Sequence record: SRR31156797_589
Length of the DNA: 64,000 nt
Strand: one strand, 5' to 3'
Of the stretch, positions 39,297 to 49,019 are shown one piece after another (position 1 is the first letter of the stretch; each line of letters starts with the position of its first letter). The notes beneath the pieces are model-generated. The model ran no database searches. It saw nothing but the letters and a program-made list of their open reading frames with translations, and had not been told where the DNA came from. The position numbers were made by a program, and so were the translations under genes.

Positions 39297-41999
39297 ATGA
39301 TGCAAAGATTAACAAAAATATATAAATCATTTAGGAACCAAAAAGGCTCGGCTTTGCTGCTTATATTGCTTTTAATGGTAATCTTATCAGTATTAGCTTC
39401 TTCTGTGCTTTTGACTACTATGAATAACTTTTATGTATCACAAAGAATGTCAGAATATGAGGATGAATACTACATTTCAGAAGCCAGTGTTCAGCATGCG
39501 CTGGAATTTATTAAACAAAAGGCTATAGTTTACTATAATAACTATTATCAAAATGCTTATCAGGATGATAACTTCTTAATAGATTTAACAAGGGATATTA
39601 CAACAGTTAATCAGGATGGCTCTGATAATCAATATTCACTATATATACCTATGGATTTTAGTGAAGAAGATGTAACAGTCGATACAACTATAGAAAAATC
39701 TACTAAAGAAGTGTCTATTAATGGTGAAATGGATGCAAGCTTGGTTTATACTTATATCGTTACATGCAATGCACAGTCATTAGAAAACGGCACTGAACGT
39801 ACTGTAATTGGCGAAATATCAATATCTAATCCTAAGATTAATTCCAGCGCTACAACTACACCTCCGGTAGTAGAACAAAGGATATTAGTAGGTAATGAGA
39901 TTGTATCATCAAATGGTAACAGCTGGAGAACAAACAGCATACTGTGCTATAGCGATGTAAAAGTTGGAAATGCTTTCTCAAGTACATTTGAAAGCGATCA
40001 CAATACTGCGGGTTTTGATTCCTATGATTACGAAGTTAGCAATGGTACAAACGATTTGCTGGAATGGGATTTACAATACAGTAAATTCCCAACTCACGTT
40101 GCATTTACTAATTATGAAGCCTTATATGAAAAATCAAGAGGACAGGACAGTGATATATATTCAGGCGATAGTACATTCTCTGACAAATACAATATAGAAA
40201 GATGTGAACCTGGATATACAATATCAGAATTCACAAAAGAGGATGCAGAACAAGCCAAAGAGGGGGCTACCTATTACGGTAATGGTCAGTCATTAATTAT
40301 GGAAAATATCACTGGTTTGGGATCAGAGTATACTATTCAAAAAATGTATATAGATGGCGAAGTTATTATTAAAGGAACAGGGAATTTGACCAATTTGTAT
40401 TATTATTCAGATGGTCCGGTTACCATAGATATTACCGGTACAATTGATAATTGTATTTTTATTTCAAATAGTGATATTACCATTACATGTAGCAATATCG
40501 AAAATGATGAAAATAATCATAAGATTATAAAGGCAAATGGAAGCGTTAAAATAAATATTAATGACGTATATTCTTACTTTTACAGAAACTACAATTACAA
40601 TCTTAAAAACGTTATTGTTTACTCAGAAAATGGAGATATAGTTGTGGATGACAAAGCAACCAACGGCTTTAATGCGTTTACTAAGTATAATGAAAAATGT
40701 TTACATTGGTATACAAATAATAACTCTTCGTATAGCAGCTTTGTAAATGAAACCGTAGTATACGCTAATAAAATTGGTGTGAATAATTGCTATTTTTATA
40801 CAAACAAAAATATCTCAAACGCCAGTCAAGGATTCACAAATGTATATTTCCACAATTCATTTATCAATGCAGGCAAAGATCTGATATTGAATGACTGCTC
40901 AGGCGATAATTCATGTTTTTATGCTCATGGATCTGATTTTGATGACAAAGTTCGTAATCAAGACTGGAATAGTTTTGAAAATGATGTTGATAATTTGTTA
41001 TTTAATTCTTATAATCATGGTGGCTCAGATTATAGCTTTGAAGTATCACATGGCGGCTACCATTATGTAAAGACCTATACAGGCATTACAATACTTTCTA
41101 ATATAAAAAATTCATCAAATGATTATTCATCCTATTATACAGAAACTGTTTTTAATAACTGTGATTTCACTTCAGGCGAAAATATTAATTTTGGTATACC
41201 AAACAATTACGAGAACGCAAATTATGATGAGAATATCAAAGCAAGTAAATGCAGATTTATGGCGAATAATGAGGTGTTTATTGAATCTGTACAAGCAGAT
41301 ACTTGCTACATATTTGCAGGAATTGACGGATATGACAGCAGCGCTGACTCTACTACAATATATAACAATATAGCTCATGGTATCACAATAAAGTCTATGG
41401 ATCCTGATGAGCTTCATTCAAGAGTATATCTGAAAGATACTGTAATGTATTCTAGAGGAAAGATTCTGTACTATAATAATGCAAATTCAACATTGTCATC
41501 ATCAACTGATGTAACTGATGAAAAACAGTTTTACAATTGTTTATTGTACTGCTTAGATAGTTTTGAATATAATGGTACTGTGTTGAATGATAACACATTA
41601 CAAAATCTAAACTATACTACTCTCAAATCAAGTTATAGTAATTATTTAAATGATGTAATTATTATGACAAAAAATAATCTTAAACCACATTCCGGGTATG
41701 GAGAACCTTCGTATTTTAATATTCTAAAATCCTTATCAGACTTTATGATAATCGGAGGATCTGATACTTCAGATGATTCAAATACTGAAGGGGTAAAGCC
41801 GCAGATTATTAATCTAGTCGGAGAAGAAGCAACTAATAAAGGCAAAAACAATAATATTAATGTTGAGTCAGAAATTCTATATAACAATTATTTTGAACAA
41901 ATGGCTGATGATGTAAATGTAGAACTGCCTAGCTTTGATCTCGTGTTTTTATATGAGGATATCTATGAAAAAGAGAAAGCGGACTCGCCTTATGATTAG
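39297..41999 (+). CDS. Large PilX-like minor pilin / putative tip adhesin (900 aa)
   Basis: QKG|SALLLILLLMVIL (no Glu5, PilX-like), EYYISEASVQHA; long repetitive Asn/Cys/Tyr-rich C-terminal region. Confidence 0.8.
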   Translation: MMQRLTKIYKSFRNQKGSALLLILLLMVILSVLASSVLLTTMNNFYVSQRMSEYEDEYYISEASVQHALEFIKQKAIVYYNNYYQNAYQDDNFLIDLTRDITTVNQDGSDNQYSLYIPMDFSEEDVTVDTTIEKSTKEVSINGEMDASLVYTYIVTCNAQSLENGTERTVIGEISISNPKINSSATTTPPVVEQRILVGNEIVSSNGNSWRTNSILCYSDVKVGNAFSSTFESDHNTAGFDSYDYEVSNGTNDLLEWDLQYSKFPTHVAFTNYEALYEKSRGQDSDIYSGDSTFSDKYNIERCEPGYTISEFTKEDAEQAKEGATYYGNGQSLIMENITGLGSEYTIQKMYIDGEVIIKGTGNLTNLYYYSDGPVTIDITGTIDNCIFISNSDITITCSNIENDENNHKIIKANGSVKININDVYSYFYRNYNYNLKNVIVYSENGDIVVDDKATNGFNAFTKYNEKCLHWYTNNNSSYSSFVNETVVYANKIGVNNCYFYTNKNISNASQGFTNVYFHNSFINAGKDLILNDCSGDNSCFYAHGSDFDDKVRNQDWNSFENDVDNLLFNSYNHGGSDYSFEVSHGGYHYVKTYTGITILSNIKNSSNDYSSYYTETVFNNCDFTSGENINFGIPNNYENANYDENIKASKCRFMANNEVFIESVQADTCYIFAGIDGYDSSADSTTIYNNIAHGITIKSMDPDELHSRVYLKDTVMYSRGKILYYNNANSTLSSSTDVTDEKQFYNCLLYCLDSFEYNGTVLNDNTLQNLNYTTLKSSYSNYLNDVIIMTKNNLKPHSGYGEPSYFNILKSLSDFMIIGGSDTSDDSNTEGVKPQIINLVGEEATNKGKNNNINVESEILYNNYFEQMADDVNVELPSFDLVFLYEDIYEKEKADSPYD

Positions 42000-42056
42000 A
42001 ATTAATTAACATTATTAGTGTGATAATAGATAATAATTTGAAAAGAGATATGAATT

Positions 42057-43106
42057 ATGAGCGTTAAGCAACAGCCGAATTTAGTATCTGTGGATATAGG
42101 TCAAACATCATTGAATATGACCTTTACAACAGGTAATGGAGTTATTTCCAAGGCAACATCTGTAAAAATGCAAGAAGGGACTGTCCAAAACCTAAGACTA
42201 AGAGCTCCTGATATATTAACAGCAGCATTATTGGAAGCAAAGACTAAAGGTAGAATCAACGGTAAGAACTGTGTATTCTGTATAGGTGGAAGAGAAGTAA
42301 TTATTCGTTATTTTAAACTACCAAAAATGAATGATAATAATTTATACGATAATGTTGTTAATGAGATATCTTCTTACCTGCCTTTCAGCGCTAATGATTA
42401 TACTATTGATTTTTGTGTAAAAGATATAATTAAAGATGGTGATACAGTTTCATATAATGTTATGGCTGTAGCTGTTCACAATGATGTTGTTTTACCATAT
42501 ATTGATGCTTTTAGAAGAGCAGGACTAAATATAATCAGAGTTGATATCAAAGAAAATGCTTATGAAAAATTAATTAAAGTTTTAAGTGAATATTCAAATT
42601 TGAATGCTGATAATTATTGTATAATTGACATAGGCGCATCTACCACAACAATATCAACATATTTAAATGGGTCATTCTTCATAAATAATACTATGTCTTA
42701 TGGCGGTAACAACTTTACTAACGCTGTGGCTAAATATTACAATATTGATGTTATACAGGCTGAAGAGAAAAAAATTGAAATATGCAACAGTAATTACAGT
42801 GAACAGGATGCAGGGACAATAAACATTATGAATGCTTTCTTTGAAAAAATAGTAAATGAAGCAATCAAAGTATTTGAGTTCTATAAAAAAGAGAATAATA
42901 TAGCTATAAATGAAATTTTTCTTTGCGGAGGATCGTCAGTGGTTGCTGGTTTAGCTGCTTATATTGAATCAAGTACAGAGATACAGACTACAGATTTAAG
43001 AGAATTAGTAAGACATATGTTTTCAGCAAAAATTATAGAACAGAAAATGATAAAGCCAGAATTATTCCCTGCAGCCATTGGTGCTACATATAGGGAGGTG
43101 GATTAG
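42057..43106 (+). CDS. pilM: Type IV pilus assembly protein PilM
   Basis: VSVDIG, VIIRYFKLPKM, IIDIGASTT, FLCGGSS, FPAAIGA. Confidence 0.9.
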   Translation: MSVKQQPNLVSVDIGQTSLNMTFTTGNGVISKATSVKMQEGTVQNLRLRAPDILTAALLEAKTKGRINGKNCVFCIGGREVIIRYFKLPKMNDNNLYDNVVNEISSYLPFSANDYTIDFCVKDIIKDGDTVSYNVMAVAVHNDVVLPYIDAFRRAGLNIIRVDIKENAYEKLIKVLSEYSNLNADNYCIIDIGASTTTISTYLNGSFFINNTMSYGGNNFTNAVAKYYNIDVIQAEEKKIEICNSNYSEQDAGTINIMNAFFEKIVNEAIKVFEFYKKENNIAINEIFLCGGSSVVAGLAAYIESSTEIQTTDLRELVRHMFSAKIIEQKMIKPELFPAAIGATYREVD

Positions 43107-43706
43107 ATGAAACGAGATATTAACCTATTACCAAGAAGAAAAGCATCTGATTCATCCAATAAAGGTATAATAATAGCATTAGCTGTCTTTCTCCTGTATG
43201 TAATTGTATTCGGCGTAGCGTTGAAAATACCCATGGACTTAATATCTGCTGTTAATCTGGTAAATACTCAGTTAGATAGTGAGATTGCGAATCTGGAGCC
43301 TCAAGCTGAAGTTTATGATAATCTCGTATTGGAGTTAGCCCAGCTTCAGGAAGAAATCAATTCTAAGGAAAAGATAGAGTATAGTGACAGAACTATCTAT
43401 AATGCATTAAAGATAATTCAAGAGACGTGCCCAACAGGTGTAATGATTATGGATTTCAACAATTCAGTTCAGGCTATACAACTAAATGGAGTAGCTGAAT
43501 CCGATGAACAAGTTGCTCAATTTATGCTTAATCTGGATAGAAGCGGAGAATTTATGTCAGTTGAATTTTCAGGAACTGTGCCTTATGATATTATTATGTA
43601 CGATGCAAGTGATAACCCATATAATGTGGAAGGCAGAAGTTTTACACTTGTATTGACATATACCGAGAATGTAACGGATGATACACAAACAGAAGGAGAG
43701 GAATAA
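43107..43706 (+). CDS. pilN: Type IV pilus assembly protein PilN
   Basis: N-terminal DINLLP, TM, coiled coil, G.A.S...VAQFM.NL. Confidence 0.9.
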   Translation: MKRDINLLPRRKASDSSNKGIIIALAVFLLYVIVFGVALKIPMDLISAVNLVNTQLDSEIANLEPQAEVYDNLVLELAQLQEEINSKEKIEYSDRTIYNALKIIQETCPTGVMIMDFNNSVQAIQLNGVAESDEQVAQFMLNLDRSGEFMSVEFSGTVPYDIIMYDASDNPYNVEGRSFTLVLTYTENVTDDTQTEGEE

Positions 43707-44368
43707 TGAAACTAAGTACTAAAGAAGTTGTTTTGCTGGTAATAATGATTTTCTTAATTTCTGGTGCAGTTTATTACTATTATTTTCTGACTCCTAAACT
43801 GGAAGAGCTGGAAATACTGTCTCTGGCAGTATCTCAAAAAGAACAGCAAATACAACAACTTAATTTAAAGATTGCTGGAATAGAAGAAAAAAGACAGGAA
43901 GTTCAAGCTTTACAAGAGCTGCTAAATACTGAACAGGAAGAATTGCCTATAGGAATCAGCCATGAGCTTCAACTCGTTGATGTGTCTACAATAGTTAGAG
44001 ATTATGTAAACAAACCTACGTATTCGTTTAGTTCAGGGGCTGATACTAGAAGCAATTATCAGATAAATCAAGTTGAAGTTGGATTTAGCTGTACATATTC
44101 TAATCTGCTTACAGTTCTAGAAGGCTTTAATGAAAGTTATCATAAAAATCAAATAGTATCATCATATATTACCTACACAGGTAATCCTACGAGCTATTAT
44201 GTACTGCCAGAAGAAGCAGAAGATCCAGAATATACTGACCTGAATGTTACTATGATATTAGAATTCTTCACATATTACCCATTTGGAATAAGTGAATCGA
44301 TTGAACAGCAAGACTTTGAAACCAGCTATGTGGAAGAGAAATCACCATTTTCACCTGTGCTGCGTTAG
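43706..44368 (+). CDS. pilO: Type IV pilus assembly protein PilO
   Basis: LSTKE..LL TM, YYYYF..P, coiled coil; follows pilN. Confidence 0.75.
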   Translation: MKLSTKEVVLLVIMIFLISGAVYYYYFLTPKLEELEILSLAVSQKEQQIQQLNLKIAGIEEKRQEVQALQELLNTEQEELPIGISHELQLVDVSTIVRDYVNKPTYSFSSGADTRSNYQINQVEVGFSCTYSNLLTVLEGFNESYHKNQIVSSYITYTGNPTSYYVLPEEAEDPEYTDLNVTMILEFFTYYPFGISESIEQQDFETSYVEEKSPFSPVLR

Positions 44369-44390
44369 ACCAAGCAAGATTTAGGTTGAC

Positions 44391-44421
44391 AAGTGCTGAT
44401 TCCTTTAGAGTCAGCACTTTT
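44391..44421 (+). terminator. Terminator after pilO
   Basis: aagtgctgattc-cttta-gagtcagcactttt. Confidence 0.8.
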
Positions 44422-44475
44422 GACTATTAATAAGAAAATATGTTAAAATAGCAGGACTAAAAACTAGGAGTTAAT

Positions 44476-45024
44476 ATGAATACAAATAATTATTATGAAA
44501 GAGCTAAAATTGTATGGCAAATGGAAGCTAGAGCGATAGAAAAATTGTCTGCATGCATAGAGTCATTGAGCTTCAATAATGTAATAAATGAGATAAATGA
44601 ATGTATAAAAAGAAATGGAAGAGTATTTATAACAGGTAAAGGTACATCTGGAGCTGCAGGCAGAAAAATATCACATACTCTTTGCTGTGTAGATATACCT
44701 GCTAGCTTTATTTCCATAGGAGAAGGAATAAATGCGGCAATGGGACTGATGAAAAAAGGTGATTTGCTTATAGTTTTCTCCAAAGGCGGAGCAACAAAAG
44801 AAGTAATAAACTTGATTTCTCCAAGTGCTGCTAAAGGGATAAGGACTGTTGGGGTTACTTCGAACCCTGCTTCTCAACTGGCGCTAAAGTGTGATGTTTT
44901 GCTAAGAGTATGCGTGGAAAGAGAAGTTGACCAGAAAAATGTCTTGGCTACGTCATCTACAATAGCTATGATATCAACATTTGATGCTATTGCTGTAGCA
45001 ATAAGTGAATTAGGTCAGTATTAG
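44476..45024 (+). CDS. SIS-domain sugar-phosphate isomerase (KdsD/GutQ-like, no CBS domains)
   Basis: VFITGKGTSG.AGRKI.HTL, SKGGATKE, LATSST...FDAIA. Confidence 0.85.
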   Translation: MNTNNYYERAKIVWQMEARAIEKLSACIESLSFNNVINEINECIKRNGRVFITGKGTSGAAGRKISHTLCCVDIPASFISIGEGINAAMGLMKKGDLLIVFSKGGATKEVINLISPSAAKGIRTVGVTSNPASQLALKCDVLLRVCVEREVDQKNVLATSSTIAMISTFDAIAVAISELGQY

Positions 45025-45033
45025 GAGATAATA

Positions 45034-46401
45034 TTGAATCAATATATTAACAGATTAAAAGAACTGGATGCTCATCTGACATATTCTATAAAAACGTATG
45101 GCTGTCAGATGAATGTTGATGATTCCAATAGAATAAGAACTGTAATGGATAGCTGTGGTTTTATATATTCAGATGATATTTTTAAAAGTAACATATCATT
45201 GATTAATACCTGCTGTGTCAGGGAAAATGCAGAAAATAAGGCATTGGGCTTGATTGGTAATCTGAAAAAACAAAAGCAGGATAATAAAAATAAAGTCAAA
45301 TTAATAATTGTTTTAGGCTGTATGGTTCAGCAGGATAATTATGCTGATGAACTGATGTCACAAAATAAATTTATTAACGCAGTTCTGGGAACATCAGATA
45401 GTGATAAGTTACCTGAATGTATTTACAATATCCTAGAAAATCATACTAGGGTTAATTGCATTTCTGATCCTACAAAGATGATAAATGAAAATCTACATTC
45501 TTACAGGGATTACCGAGTCAGTGAATTCGTAACGATTATGACTGGCTGTAATAATTTCTGTACTTATTGCGCTGTACCATATGTCAGGGGAAGAGAACGC
45601 AGCCGTCAAGCAAAATATATAATAAATGATATAAATAATTTGGTAAATAACGGAGTAAAAGAAATAGTATTATTGGGACAGAATGTAAATTCGTATGGTC
45701 TCGGTTTAGATGAAGGAAATGATTTTTCTGATTTAATCAACATAATATCTGCCGAAACAGATGTTAAGAGAATTCGATTTATGACATCTCATCCAAAAGA
45801 TTTATCAGATAAATTGATTAATACTATTGCTGATAATAAAAAAGTATCCAAGCATCTTCATCTGCCTTTACAGTCGGGAAGCAGTAGGATATTAAAAGCA
45901 ATGAATCGACATTATACAAAAAAAGATTACCTTGGATTAGCTTCTAGGATAAAAGAATCTGTTCCTGATATTGCACTTACAACTGATATAATCGTTGGAT
46001 TCCCTGGTGAGGAAGATGTTGACTACAGAGATACTGTAGATGTTGTCAATCAAGTACAATATACTTCGGCTTTCATGTTCAAATACTCAAAACGCAGAAG
46101 CACTCCAGCTGGTAAAATGAATAATCAGATTGATGAAGATACTAAGGATAAACGTTTGCAGCATTTACTTGGAATACAGGAAAGTATCAGTAAGAAGATA
46201 AGCACAGAATATATAGGAAAAACTGTATCAGTTCTTATAGAAAGTGATATTACTGAAAAAAACAAAATTATCGGTAAAAGTTCACAGAATATGACGATAT
46301 TTACTGACAGCCTAAAGGGGCATAAAATTGGCGATATCGTAGAAGTAAAAGTAAGTAGTAGCAGAAATCATTCTTTGATAGGTGAGATAATAGACAAATA
46401 G
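45034..46401 (+). CDS. miaB: tRNA-2-methylthio-N6-dimethylallyladenosine synthase
   Basis: TYGCQMN, NTCCVRENAE, GCNNFCTYCAVPYVRGRE, TRAM domain; linked to mutS-mutL-miaA. Confidence 0.93.
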   Translation: MNQYINRLKELDAHLTYSIKTYGCQMNVDDSNRIRTVMDSCGFIYSDDIFKSNISLINTCCVRENAENKALGLIGNLKKQKQDNKNKVKLIIVLGCMVQQDNYADELMSQNKFINAVLGTSDSDKLPECIYNILENHTRVNCISDPTKMINENLHSYRDYRVSEFVTIMTGCNNFCTYCAVPYVRGRERSRQAKYIINDINNLVNNGVKEIVLLGQNVNSYGLGLDEGNDFSDLINIISAETDVKRIRFMTSHPKDLSDKLINTIADNKKVSKHLHLPLQSGSSRILKAMNRHYTKKDYLGLASRIKESVPDIALTTDIIVGFPGEEDVDYRDTVDVVNQVQYTSAFMFKYSKRRSTPAGKMNNQIDEDTKDKRLQHLLGIQESISKKISTEYIGKTVSVLIESDITEKNKIIGKSSQNMTIFTDSLKGHKIGDIVEVKVSSSRNHSLIGEIIDK

Positions 46402-46415
46402 TATAGAGGGAATAT

Positions 46416-49019
46416 ATGGGGAATTTATCACCAATGATGATGCAGTATATGCGCATAAAGGAAGAGCATCAGGAGTGTATGCTCTTTTTCAGGTTAGGCG
46501 ATTTCTATGAATTATTTTTTGAGGATGCTGTACTGGCTTCTGAAGTACTAGATTTGACACTAACCGGACGTGACTGCGGATTGGACGAAAGAGCACCTAT
46601 GTGTGGTGTTCCACATCATGCTGCGAATATTTATATAAACAAGCTTATAAAAAAAGGTTATAAAGTAGCTATCTGCGAACAGACATCACTACCTAAAAAA
46701 GGTGTAAAATTGGTGGACAGAGAAGTAGTTCGTATTGTAACTCCAGGCACAGTAGTCGAAGATACGTTGCTTAATGATGATACAAATAATTATATTGTAT
46801 CTTTGTTCCTAGAAGATAAGGATATTGGCATGGCTTTTGCTGATGTTTCAACTGGTGAGTTCTTTATCAGTTCAATTGATTCAGAGGATAGATTTTCTGT
46901 AATATTTAATGAATTAACACGACTTAATTCATCTGAAATTCTAGTAAACGAGAAGATGAATGATTATATAAGTGAATCCAGTGATTTTTCCAGGTTAAAA
47001 GGAATATCATATGACATCAGTATTAATGACTACTATAATTTAGATTTTGCGAAAGCAATTTTAAATAAACATTTTGGCAAATCAAATATTAATATTAGTA
47101 AATATAAAGATGTTTTAGTATGTGCTGCTGGCTCTTTGTTAAGATATCTATCTGCAACCCAAATGAATTCATTGGAACAAATTAATAAAATGCTGATGTA
47201 TGACTTCTCTAAATATATGAGCATTGATACATTTACCAGAAATTCTTTAGAAATAGGCAAAACTATCAGAAAGAATAAGAAGCAAGGTTCGTTGCTATGG
47301 GTAATTGACAAAACTTCAACATCTCTTGGAAGCAGAAAAACTCGTCAATGGCTGGAGATGCCCCTAATAAATAAGACAAAAATTGAAGAACGGCTGAACG
47401 CAGTTGAGTATTTCCTAAATAATATGAATACTTCGTCTCACTTGCAGGAAACTCTTAAGCATGTTAAGGATATCGAAAGATTATCAACTAAAGTTACGTA
47501 CTCAAACATCAGTCCAAGAGAGTGTATTGCGCTTAGGGATTCTATTAAGGTAATTCCAATTATAAAGAGTACTATTGATGATACAGGTATAGTGCTTATA
47601 AATGAGTGCAATGACAAACTGGAATCACTCGATGACGTTTATGAATTGCTAAAAAGTTCAATAATGGATGAGCCGGCAGTCAGCGTCAAAGATGGTGGAG
47701 TAATAAAACGTGGATATGACCAAGAGTTAGACAGATTATACCAGTTAATTGATAAAGGCAGTGAACTTATAAGCGATATGGAGGAAGCTGAAAGACGGGA
47801 AACAGGAATAAAAAATCTAAAAATTAAATACAACCGTGTTTTCGGTTATTTCATTGAAGTTACAAAATCCAATTTGCAGATGGTACCATATAGATATAAA
47901 AGAAAGCAAACCCTTGCAAATTGTGAAAGATATATTACAGATGATTTGAAAGTATTAGAAGAAGATATTGAGAGCGCGAAAGAGAAAATATCAAAAATTG
48001 AACTGGATATATTTAATGAAGTAAAATATGCATTAAAAAAGCAAATCAAAAGAATGCAGCTTTCTGCCGAACAAATTGCTATTATTGATACCTTGGTTTC
48101 ATTTGCTAAGGTTGCAGGCGAGAATCATTATGTTAAACCTATTATAAATGAAGAAGGTGTACTTGATATAAAGAATGGACGACATCCGGTGGTTGAATTA
48201 TCCTCAAATGTAAGCGGATTTGTGCCAAATGATATAAACATGAATAATGATAGTGACAGGTTGATTGTAATTACAGGTCCTAATATGTCTGGTAAATCTA
48301 CATATTTGCGGCAAAGTGCTTTGATTACACTTATGGCACATATGGGCTGTTATGTTCCTGCATCATTTGCTAATATATGTATAACAGACAAGATTTTCTC
48401 CAGAGTCGGAGCATCAGATGATTTATACCTTGGACAGTCTACATTTATGGTTGAAATGACAGAGCTTGCATATATTTTAAAAAATGCAACTAAAGATTCC
48501 CTAATCATATTAGATGAAATAGGACGAGGCACATCAACATTTGATGGATTAAGCATTGCGTGGAGTACTATTGAACATATTAGTGATTCTAGTATTCTCG
48601 GTACCAAAACTATCTTCGCTACTCATTATCATCAATTATCTCAATTAGAGGGATTAGTTGATGGAGTTAAGAATTACAGCGTTTCTGTTAAAGAATACAA
48701 TAAAAATGTAATCTTTATGAGGAAAATCGTTCGTGGAAGTACGGATAAATCATTTGGCTTGCATGTTGCTAAGATAGCAGGTGTTCCTCAATCCGTAATT
48801 GACAGGGGAGAGGAAGTACTGAAAATTCTTGAAGAAAATGAAATTAGTGAAATAACACCTATCAATCAAAATGACGAGATGATTAAAACCAGTGATTCAC
48901 ATAACGAGATTACAGAAATACAAGAAATATTAGACGAGATAAGAGAAATGGACACCTCAATAACAACACCAATAGAAGCATTAATTATGATTCAGAAATT
49001 AAAGGATGAATTAAAATGA
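46416..49019 (+). CDS. mutS: DNA mismatch repair protein MutS
   Basis: FRLGDFYELFFEDA, ITGPNMSGKSTYLRQ, STFMVEM, DEIGRGTST. Confidence 0.98.
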   Translation: MGNLSPMMMQYMRIKEEHQECMLFFRLGDFYELFFEDAVLASEVLDLTLTGRDCGLDERAPMCGVPHHAANIYINKLIKKGYKVAICEQTSLPKKGVKLVDREVVRIVTPGTVVEDTLLNDDTNNYIVSLFLEDKDIGMAFADVSTGEFFISSIDSEDRFSVIFNELTRLNSSEILVNEKMNDYISESSDFSRLKGISYDISINDYYNLDFAKAILNKHFGKSNINISKYKDVLVCAAGSLLRYLSATQMNSLEQINKMLMYDFSKYMSIDTFTRNSLEIGKTIRKNKKQGSLLWVIDKTSTSLGSRKTRQWLEMPLINKTKIEERLNAVEYFLNNMNTSSHLQETLKHVKDIERLSTKVTYSNISPRECIALRDSIKVIPIIKSTIDDTGIVLINECNDKLESLDDVYELLKSSIMDEPAVSVKDGGVIKRGYDQELDRLYQLIDKGSELISDMEEAERRETGIKNLKIKYNRVFGYFIEVTKSNLQMVPYRYKRKQTLANCERYITDDLKVLEEDIESAKEKISKIELDIFNEVKYALKKQIKRMQLSAEQIAIIDTLVSFAKVAGENHYVKPIINEEGVLDIKNGRHPVVELSSNVSGFVPNDINMNNDSDRLIVITGPNMSGKSTYLRQSALITLMAHMGCYVPASFANICITDKIFSRVGASDDLYLGQSTFMVEMTELAYILKNATKDSLIILDEIGRGTSTFDGLSIAWSTIEHISDSSILGTKTIFATHYHQLSQLEGLVDGVKNYSVSVKEYNKNVIFMRKIVRGSTDKSFGLHVAKIAGVPQSVIDRGEEVLKILEENEISEITPINQNDEMIKTSDSHNEITEIQEILDEIREMDTSITTPIEALIMIQKLKDELK

